Source: a virus | Reading direction: 5' to 3' (one strand) | DNA: 64,000 nt | Virus record (IMG/VR): IMGVR_UViG_3300050120_000213 | Location: 35,511-99,510 of that record | Part shown: piece after piece, positions 57,246 to 64,000 of the stretch | Numbering within the stretch: the stretch's first letter is position 1 | Layout of the letters: every line of letters starts with the position of its first letter | Program-made: the position numbers and the translations under genes | The notes under the pieces: generated by a model | Seen by the model: the letters and a program-made list of their open reading frames with translations, nothing else | Database searches by the model: none | What the model was told of the DNA's origin: nothing

Positions 57246-57559
57246 GTAATGATCCAGCAGACTTTCACAGGTGTAAAACCACCCCTTTCTAGCGAGGTAT
57301 CTCCCCACTGATAGAGCCACACCATCAAGCGATTAAAGTCGGTTTTATCTACATAAGGCGCTTTGGGCAGGTCCTCAAAATCTATGGCGAGTGTCAGCAT
57401 ACGGGCGTTGATATGCCCCGACCCGACGTCGGTAAACACTGGGATTGCTCTGATCTTGGTGGCGACCATCGACGCCAATGCCCGCAGTTGATCTTCGTCT
57501 TCTGCGTCGCACTGTTCGTAGTCGGGTGTCAAATCCAATTCACGTTGCCACTTGGTCAT
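57242..57559 (-). CDS. hypothetical protein (early cassette)
   Basis: FN..M..LY.WGD; AATGGAGT RBS. Confidence 0.65.
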   Translation of the reverse strand: MTKWQRELDLTPDYEQCDAEDEDQLRALASMVATKIRAIPVFTDVGSGHINARMLTLAIDFEDLPKAPYVDKTDFNRLMVWLYQWGDTSLERGGFTPVKVCWIIT

Positions 57560-57591
57560 TCCGAACTCCATTCCGGGTTATTAACGATAAT

Positions 57592-57619
57592 ACTATAGCA
57601 CGATTTACTCAGTTGTCAA
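57592..57619 (-). promoter_or_regulatory. sigma70 promoter
   Basis: TTGACA-16-TATAGT. Confidence 0.75.
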
Positions 57620-57837
57620 AGGCGTTTGCAATCAATTGCAGCTTGCAGCCCATCTGCTGCCGCTTGTTCAATAGGGTCGGTCGAAGCCAAGATGACCTCT
57701 GGACTCCATAGGCCGTGTGGATTGCAATCACAGTTCGTTCCTGCGCCACCACACCCGCACCCATAGCCATCCCCCCAGGGGATATGAAGGTGGTTCTCAC
57801 ACACCCACCCCGTGTCCAGGCACTTGTGGCAAGTCAT
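57616..57837 (-). CDS. Cys-rich hypothetical protein
   Basis: C..C.D.GWVCENH...CGGAG..C.CNP. Confidence 0.6.
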   Translation of the reverse strand: MTCHKCLDTGWVCENHLHIPWGDGYGCGCGGAGTNCDCNPHGLWSPEVILASTDPIEQAAADGLQAAIDCKRL

Positions 57838-58169
57838 TCTGGTTTTATCCCAAGCGCCAGCAACAACCGGTGTAGGTGATTGGACTCCACGCGGCACTTA
57901 CCATCATGCACCCCCATACCCGTGGGATGTGTGGCGTCGTGAATCGCCCGCTGAAATCCGCGCACCATAAACTCAGGCACATCAGGTACGACATGTGCCC
58001 AATGCACAGCAATAAAATCTTGTAGCGCCTGTTCCGCGTCAGTGTAATGTACGTCAGTTCTACTCAACTGAAAATGGATAACATCCGCCACAGACATACG
58101 ACATGTCACCGCAGATTTTCCGTCTGCACTGTAGGGGTCCATCCATTCAATCATTATGTCGTTACTCAT
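57834..58169 (-). CDS. hypothetical protein
   Basis: ATGA-coupled ORF. Confidence 0.55.
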   Translation of the reverse strand: MSNDIMIEWMDPYSADGKSAVTCRMSVADVIHFQLSRTDVHYTDAEQALQDFIAVHWAHVVPDVPEFMVRGFQRAIHDATHPTGMGVHDGKCRVESNHLHRLLLALGIKPE

Positions 58170-58849
58170 GACGCGCTCCCAGTAGCCTGAGCAGCAGCGA
58201 CGATAGCGCTCAAGACTTCCTGCGCCTCGGTCCCGTGCGATACGCCGCGCTTCCCTTCGTCAAATGCCAATTCCCAGTAGCGGCCCAGCAAATCACTCAG
58301 CCCGCTCGGCGCTGCTTGCGGCTGGGCGGCGAGAGAATCTCGAAGTTCGATAGCGAAACTGACAATGCCGCTCCATGTAAAACGCTTGTAACCGTTTTGC
58401 GCATCTACCATGTGCTTCTTTGCCAGCGAAATTGCCAACGCTCCAATCGGCTCCGCCACCACTCCCCCAGCCTCACCGATAGGCGCCCACTTGCTTCCCG
58501 TACGGTCGATGCGATGCTGCGCTACTTCGGCGCTTGAATGCTCGTGGGGCGCGTCTTTACCGCAGATCGGGCAGGCGAACGTACCATCAGGGACTGGTTT
58601 TCCGCTTAGTTTCGCGAGCGCTGATTCCGCAAGAGAACGGCTAGCGAAAGAATCGCCCATGTCCGTGATGACGCTGTGCTGAGCGGACGTCCTGCGCACA
58701 ATCACAAAGACTGCCTTGCCATCCTTAAAACTGGTGCAGATTTGTAATTGCGAAGCTGGGTAAGTTGTCTGCTCCGGCAATTCTGGCGCAGCCTCACCGC
58801 TATGGGGCGCGGGGGCGGATTCTTTATCTAGATCGCGCATATGAGGCAT
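58166..58849 (-). CDS. hypothetical mosaic protein
   Basis: CPICGKDAPHEH module. Confidence 0.55.
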   Translation of the reverse strand: MPHMRDLDKESAPAPHSGEAAPELPEQTTYPASQLQICTSFKDGKAVFVIVRRTSAQHSVITDMGDSFASRSLAESALAKLSGKPVPDGTFACPICGKDAPHEHSSAEVAQHRIDRTGSKWAPIGEAGGVVAEPIGALAISLAKKHMVDAQNGYKRFTWSGIVSFAIELRDSLAAQPQAAPSGLSDLLGRYWELAFDEGKRGVSHGTEAQEVLSAIVAAAQATGSAS

Positions 58850-59571
58850 CCTTGCTGTTCGTTTCGGGCTTTTCCGCCCTTGGATGTGAATATCGGCTTC
58901 CCGATTTGTTCCGCGACGATCTGGATCGTTTTGTATTGCTTGCGGCCGAAGTCGTCCAATTGGAACGCCTTCTCTTTGTGCTTATCGCCAGCCGCTAGGC
59001 ACGGGAAACAACCGACGCGACCGAACCACTGATAAAGGAGGTTTTCGCGCCCGTTAAGCAAACTGAAGACTTCGGCTTCGGACCAGTCCAAAACTGGAAG
59101 CCTAAATCGGACACCCATGCAGCCAAGGTATTTTGGGTACTTCGATGGAATGACCTCGTGGGGCTCGTACAGTGTCGTGTCAATCTTTCCGGCGTAGCGC
59201 TTCTCACGCTCCGGACTCTCAGCGGATCGCATCCCGTACCAGACTTCAAATCCACCTTGTTGCTCGGCAAGCGCTTTGCAGTAAATGCGTGTTTCCCTGA
59301 TCTTCAATTCGTCGGTGCAGTGGCGAGCGCCGCCGCCAGGGAACCGCCCGTACTTGATACTTTTCTCAAGCACCGAACCACCGCTTACCCGGTCGATTTG
59401 AATACCGTAATAGCCGTGCATCCATTCGATGTGGGCATAAGTGATTGGATGTTCAAATTGGGTATCGCAGAACAGTCCGCGAATATCAGATGGTGAATGC
59501 TCCAGTAATGCCAGTTCAAGGCACGCTTGCGAATCCTTGCCGCCGCTGATCGGGACGAGAATCTTAACCAT
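58828..59571 (-). CDS. PAPS reductase-family protein
   Basis: PP-loop SGGKDS, DT, CT.ELK, G.R..ES, P.LDW, RVGCFPC. Confidence 0.9.
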   Translation of the reverse strand: MVKILVPISGGKDSQACLELALLEHSPSDIRGLFCDTQFEHPITYAHIEWMHGYYGIQIDRVSGGSVLEKSIKYGRFPGGGARHCTDELKIRETRIYCKALAEQQGGFEVWYGMRSAESPEREKRYAGKIDTTLYEPHEVIPSKYPKYLGCMGVRFRLPVLDWSEAEVFSLLNGRENLLYQWFGRVGCFPCLAAGDKHKEKAFQLDDFGRKQYKTIQIVAEQIGKPIFTSKGGKARNEQQGCLICAI

Positions 59572-60109
59572 GCGCATCCCCTTGCGGCTCGATGCTCGCA
59601 TCTACCGGCGCAGCGACGGGCGCGGCAGGGGCGGCGCAAGCTTTGCGAGCATCAGCGAGCGCTTTGGGTTCTTCATAGGCGGTAAATCCGCCCCGATCAT
59701 CCGCCCACTTCCGGCCGCATCCATCGCAAATGGTCCAGATTGCGCCGCCACGGTGCGTTTCCTCGTGTCGGCATTCGTTACGGTCGACATATTCGATCAG
59801 ATTGCCGAGTGCCGCACGGAGGTCAGCCCCCTCGCTCTTGTGGGCGAGAGCTGCTCCGCTGATTTTTGCCAGCGTGTGGCGCGCCCGGTTTTGTGCCCAC
59901 AAGAAGAATTCATGGTATGGGTTTGTAGCCACAAAATTCTTGATATCGGCGCTGGCGATGTTCTGTAGTTCGGCAATAACAAAATCAGAAGGCTCGGTCC
60001 CGGCAAGAGCCGCAGCTATGACTTTTCGGGCACACGCCACGAAGTCGCTGGTGCTATTGCTGCCCGGATAAAACCTTACGATTTCCGCGTCGCTAAGTTG
60101 TTTGTTCAT
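59564..60109 (-). CDS. hypothetical mosaic protein
   Basis: C.HEETHRGGAIWTICDGCG.KWADD module. Confidence 0.6.
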   Translation of the reverse strand: MNKQLSDAEIVRFYPGSNSTSDFVACARKVIAAALAGTEPSDFVIAELQNIASADIKNFVATNPYHEFFLWAQNRARHTLAKISGAALAHKSEGADLRAALGNLIEYVDRNECRHEETHRGGAIWTICDGCGRKWADDRGGFTAYEEPKALADARKACAAPAAPVAAPVDASIEPQGDAHG

Positions 60110-60332
60110 GATTGTTCCTTTTTATGGGCAGCACTGCGGAGAACGTCCGCAATAATGGTCGTAGCCGGTCATCGGGATTTCGCTGATATCGACAGGGATT
60201 TCGTCTCTATTTCCGCAGCGACGGCACTCAGCCATGTATTTTCCATCGACCTCCCAAATGTCTTCGGGGAGTTCCTTCGCTGATTCCGTGGGCGCTATTG
60301 GCTGGCGCAACCATGCATCGAAGTTCAGCATC

Positions 60333-60608
60333 TCAATCCTCCAGTGCGCGTTTAATCTGCTTCGCGTCTAGACCGGCTTCTCGGCACCCGGCCTCAGTCG
60401 CGTGAAAGAACGTCATGCTGCCGTCACGCTGGGCTGCCACAACCAGACCAAGCCGCTCCATGCGGCGCATCGATTCGTATGCGCCGCCAACAATGCCTGA
60501 CGCGTAGTGGTTTCGATAACCCCAGTTCCGCATCGGTCTATCAGGACCAGCACCGAGCATGTGCCATAGCCTTCGCAGGTCCGATGCGGTCAGAACTTCT
60601 TCGCTCAT
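60333..60608 (-). CDS. hypothetical phage protein
   Basis: HMLG....WGYRNHY...FHATEAG. Confidence 0.65.
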   Translation of the reverse strand: MSEEVLTASDLRRLWHMLGAGPDRPMRNWGYRNHYASGIVGGAYESMRRMERLGLVVAAQRDGSMTFFHATEAGCREAGLDAKQIKRALED

Positions 60609-60973
60609 CCCAACCCCTTCGCAGCCTTAATGGCGGCACGGGCCTTTTCGACAGTCGCATCCACACGGGCTCGCAATCTCTGTTGATTCGATAAATTCAC
60701 ATCGCGCTCGCTCCATTCGCCCAGCACCTCGATGTTACTTCGCTGCCCCAACAGTTCCTCAAGCGCTGCTAGTAGTGCTGCATGTGAGGCGGTGAGGCGG
60801 TCAACGTTCGATTTCATGACATATTCGATATCGTCAGAATCCTGTTTGTCTTCGCACCAAGTGACTTCCTCCAAGGTCGAGAACTGGATCTCTTCGGCAG
60901 GAAAGTCGTCGCCAAGGCAGAGCCATATCGGGCTAGGTGCGCCGATTATTGTTGCGCGGTCTTCGCTCATCAC
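60605..60973 (-). CDS. hypothetical phage protein
   Basis: P..IWL...EVTWCED...DIEYV. Confidence 0.65.
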   Translation of the reverse strand: MMSEDRATIIGAPSPIWLCLGDDFPAEEIQFSTLEEVTWCEDKQDSDDIEYVMKSNVDRLTASHAALLAALEELLGQRSNIEVLGEWSERDVNLSNQQRLRARVDATVEKARAAIKAAKGLG

Positions 60974-61065
60974 GCACCTCCCTTAGTCGCCGACTGGACG
61001 GCTGGCACCACTTGGGAAATATAACTACCGTTAGTCATGACTATCCTTTTTGCAATCAATTGCAA

Positions 61066-61521
61066 TTACATGTACACCCCAGCCAACCCCCGTTCGATCA
61101 GATCATCAATAATGACGATGCCTTCGGGGGTAGCCATGACAGTGATTGGCCGCTGGTTTCCTAACGCGGGGATCTCACTCTGTAACCAGTGCGTTGCAGC
61201 CCCCCGGTCACCGCACAAACCCATCAACTTTAGCGCCACAGGTACCACTTTTTCGAGGTGCTCGGTGTCAGCCAGCGGCATAACCGCCTGCAAAAACCCA
61301 GCCCACCAGCTAAAATCAGAGCGACCATCGGGACGGCTCAGAGGAATGCGCAGTGCCCAGTACCCGTCTGTACGCTCCACCCACTCTCCGAAATTGAGGC
61401 TATTCCCCTCGGTGTCTTCGACTTCTACAAAACGAAATTCAGGGGGGCGAGTGCCGCTTGCGTGCCTAGCAAACACAATATCCACTTGAGCGGCGGGCTG
61501 ACTGCCTTCTTCGGTGTTCAT
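61066..61521 (-). CDS. protein with MbcA/ParS/Xre antitoxin C-terminal toxin-binding domain
   Basis: GD..AA..WL.....ALG..RP......PEG...I..LIER...GVYM C-terminus. Confidence 0.75.
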   Translation of the reverse strand: MNTEEGSQPAAQVDIVFARHASGTRPPEFRFVEVEDTEGNSLNFGEWVERTDGYWALRIPLSRPDGRSDFSWWAGFLQAVMPLADTEHLEKVVPVALKLMGLCGDRGAATHWLQSEIPALGNQRPITVMATPEGIVIIDDLIERGLAGVYM

Positions 61522-61813
61522 AGCGCCCCGAGCAGGAAGCAAAACACACAAAATACCCACAAAGCCCACACGCTGTGATCTCCGTGAGTGGTGAGGTACA
61601 CCGCCATCATGGCAAGGCTCAGCCCAAACGCGAGGATAAATCCACGTCGAATTAGTGCGATCATAACAATGGGTTCCTTTTGGGGGGGCGGTCGTACGTG
61701 GGCAGGGAGTGACGGCCCCACAACTTGGGCAGGACATACCCAATCGACACCAGGGCAATAAGACATACCCACGCCGCAACCCACAGCATTGTGTTAATAG
61801 ACATGATTTAACC

Positions 61814-62404
61814 TTAGCAACTGCAAGAAAAGAAATTGCCTTTGTCAGTCGGATCAACGTGGTGATCCGTGATCAGCTCATAGTGATCCCAAAACTCCAC
61901 TGGGACACTCATGCTTTCGAACTTACCACCCTCACTCCAGTAATCCCCGTACTCAACGTACGACCTAGCTCGGTCCAACAATTCGCTATAACCCACCTCG
62001 ATTTCATCGGCGTAATTCTGCATCCAGGCAATAGCCTTGCTGACTTCATCCGAGGGTGGTGCTACGGCAGCGACTACAGTTGGGCCTTCCATATCCTTAA
62101 ACTTCGGGTGGGTCCAGACATGGCGCAAGCTCGTGATTTGACGAGGATACACCACTAGCCAAAAATGTTCACCTTTCTGGATGAACTCATTCAGAAACGG
62201 ATCAACAATTCCTACCGGATCATCGCAAGCCCCAACCCCATTATCGTTGGTCACAAAGCCCACATGCTGGCCGGGGTGCAGCGTTTCTACTGCGTAGACC
62301 GGTTCCACCGCTAAATGGATCGCATCACGCCCAGCGCCTTCACCAAGGATGGTGCCCAGGGTTTCGAGTGCGTCGGTTGCCACCGTGTGTTTTGCCCCAC
62401 TCAT
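61814..62404 (-). CDS. conserved hypothetical phage protein
   Basis: RDAIH.AV, GIVDPFL, ITSLRHVWTHP, FFSCSC. Confidence 0.75.
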   Translation of the reverse strand: MSGAKHTVATDALETLGTILGEGAGRDAIHLAVEPVYAVETLHPGQHVGFVTNDNGVGACDDPVGIVDPFLNEFIQKGEHFWLVVYPRQITSLRHVWTHPKFKDMEGPTVVAAVAPPSDEVSKAIAWMQNYADEIEVGYSELLDRARSYVEYGDYWSEGGKFESMSVPVEFWDHYELITDHHVDPTDKGNFFSCSC

Positions 62405-62769
62405 TTATTTCTCCCAGCTAAATGTGCTTCGTTTTCGAGTTGATCCAACTTGAGCGTGGCACGGGCTTCGGCCATCTTGACGAATGAGTTATGTAACATC
62501 CCAATATACAGAGAACCCAGCAACTCAGTCCGATCACGGGGGGCCGTAAGCAAGTTGCTCGTTTGGGTCGCCCCATCAGTATGGAACCACGTAAAGGCTT
62601 CTTGGATATCCCCCGGCGTGGGGGCAGTCATAAGGCGGGCGTATTCTATACTTTCAAACTCAGCCTTCTGAAGATCAAATTCTTCATCTTCGGCCAAACG
62701 CTGGGCACGGCGATCCAAGTCGCTTTGCAAGCGGGCATCGCCTATCGTTTCGGTTTTCTGCAGATCCAT
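62401..62769 (-). CDS. hypothetical protein (early cassette)
   Basis: AATGGAGT RBS plus promoter. Confidence 0.65.
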   Translation of the reverse strand: MDLQKTETIGDARLQSDLDRRAQRLAEDEEFDLQKAEFESIEYARLMTAPTPGDIQEAFTWFHTDGATQTSNLLTAPRDRTELLGSLYIGMLHNSFVKMAEARATLKLDQLENEAHLAGRNK

Positions 62770-62801
62770 TTCGAACTCCATTTCGGGGGCAGCTATGTAT
62801 T

Positions 62802-62829
62802 AATATAGCATAGCCACCAAATTTGTCAA
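62802..62829 (-). promoter_or_regulatory. sigma70 promoter
   Basis: TTGACA-16-TATATT. Confidence 0.75.
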
Positions 62830-63039
62830 ATCAAATCGGTGGGGTTTGGCGCACAATTCGGGTATCCGCCACCGATTCATAGCCCCCCATGCGCAACGGT
62901 GTAGTCGGCATTAACAGGATCTCGACTATCACACCATCTTGGCGGGCAAGGTTGGCAAGCAACTCCGCCTTCATACGCCAGTGCGCTAACTTCACTTCGT
63001 CTAAGTAAGTCATATTGCCCCCGCTGCAATTGATTGCAA

Positions 63040-64000
63040 TTAAAATTTGATCTTCTTCAGGTTGCCCAGGTTCGGGCCAAACTTCGCGTCTGCCGTAAAC
63101 TTAAGCTGTGGTTGCCAGCCAACCTTATGGAATGGCAGAGACTCCATTACCTCGATCTGCAACTTCGCTACTTCCTCAATCCGATCCTCTCTCACGTAAT
63201 CATACCCTGCATCGTGGCAAGCCATAAACGGCAAAATGATCTGTTGCTCGTACAGGTCGGGGAAATTGAGTTGGCTCTCCGAGAACGCCCACAACATCAT
63301 ATCGCTAAGCGTGCCTTGGGTGGGGGAGTTGACCGACTGACGCTCCGCCTGTGCTCGTATGTCTTGTTTCGAGCTACGGATCAACGGCAAATGCCGTACC
63401 CGTCCCAGTGGCCCACGCACATACCCGTGCTGCTTCACAAATGACTTTTGCTCGCGGTGATAGCGGGGCAACCCAGGGTAACTACCAAAGAAACTTTCTT
63501 CGAAATCCGCAGACTGCTTCTGAGTCAGGGACACTCCATAGTTATTGAGTGCATACAAGATAAACCCATCAATGCCCATCCCGTAAATCTTACCGAAGTT
63601 GCCCGCCTTACCCAACTGCCGGGTTTCTTCAAACAAGTGCTGCATCGCGGGGTCGGGGGAATTCTTCATCGCCATCATTTCATCGTAGGTGTACCCAGCG
63701 AATTGCCCAGCCGTGATTGAGTGCAAGTCCATCCCTTGCAGGTACGCCTTAATCATGTTGGTTTCGTTGGCAATGCAGGCAATCACCTTCAACTCGCCCT
63801 GGCTATAATCTCGCTCCAACACCACATACCCGGGCGGCGCGGGGTAGCATTCACGGATGCGTTGCGCCCAGGCCGTGTGTTTGGGTATGGTGTTGTGAAC
63901 AACAATACCGTTTGCCACAAATGAATGGCTACTTTGAATGGTCAAGTCAAACGTCTCTCTATACCCAGCTTCTTCAATGGATATGAGAACTACTTCATTG
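63040..64000 (-). CDS. polA: DNA polymerase family A, C-terminal part (5' end outside the window), intein-containing
   Basis: Motif A DYSQGELK, motif B RQLGKAGNFGKIYG, AERQSVNSPTQGT, motif C CHDA. Confidence 0.93.
   Translation of the reverse strand, partial: NEVVLISIEEAGYRETFDLTIQSSHSFVANGIVVHNTIPKHTAWAQRIRECYPAPPGYVVLERDYSQGELKVIACIANETNMIKAYLQGMDLHSITAGQFAGYTYDEMMAMKNSPDPAMQHLFEETRQLGKAGNFGKIYGMGIDGFILYALNNYGVSLTQKQSADFEESFFGSYPGLPRYHREQKSFVKQHGYVRGPLGRVRHLPLIRSSKQDIRAQAERQSVNSPTQGTLSDMMLWAFSESQLNFPDLYEQQIILPFMACHDAGYDYVREDRIEEVAKLQIEVMESLPFHKVGWQPQLKFTADAKFGPNLGNLKKIKF
63892..64000 (-). mobile_element. intein C-terminal splicing region in the DNA polymerase
   Basis: TFDLTIQSSHSFVANGIVVHN followed by Thr (TIPK): blocks F/G. 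Confidence 0.9.

Larger units (their letters stand above)
1212..63038. repeat. dispersed inverted-repeat family TGCAAT-CA-ATTGCA (26 exact plus 3 variant copies)
   Basis: 14-mer starts. TGCAATCAATTGCA: 1212, 4375, 7468, 12368, 17530, 26804, 29782, 33698, 36660, 39690, 43161, 47359, 53070, 55252, 57627, 61051. Reverse form TGCAATTGATTGCA: 6342, 11976, 13639, 21588, 38218, 44104, 45855, 48430, 51950, 63025. Variants: 52102, 52578, 54589. Confidence 0.95.

Noticed and set aside
61522-61857. N-terminal extension of the 61066-61857 ORF
   Set aside because: The region is better explained by two small TM ORFs; the real start is probably 61521
1212-63038. Palindrome family as a CRISPR array or REP/MITE
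   Set aside because: Copies are only 14-16 bp, hundreds to thousands of bases apart, with no constant spacers, shared flanks or cas genes

Overview
A 64-kb slice of a tailed phage genome. It is a contractile-tailed myovirus with a Bcep781/OP2-like virion module; a Proteobacterial, possibly Burkholderiales, host is inferred only. Essentially all real genes are on the minus strand. In transcription order (right to left): the 3' part of an intein-containing family A DNA polymerase; about 11 kb of small early/accessory genes (MbcA/ParS-antitoxin-domain protein, PAPS-reductase-like protein, GNAT, XRE HTH, IS5-type DNA-binding domain, a tRNA-like element and tRNA-CAT); terminase small and large subunits plus HNH; a second block of about 10 kb of early cassettes (triple bL12-like protein, Mesh1-like HD hydrolase); an extra fibre/adaptor module; portal, head, neck, sheath, tube, tape measure, baseplate and fibre genes; lysis genes; an AAA ATPase; a NUMOD4-HNH; and an initiator/DnaC-like/DnaB-like replication operon. 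The most striking unexplained signal is the 14-16 bp inverted repeat (T)TGCAAT-CA-ATTGCA(A). I counted by eye 26 exact and 3 variant copies in both orientations, never more than about 5.2 kb apart, including inside essential genes. Other notable signals are one perfect chromosomal parS site, 14 near-identical sigma70 promoters often paired with a shared AATGGAGT RBS, and two or three strongly structured non-coding RNAs. All family calls come from motif recognition, not database searches.
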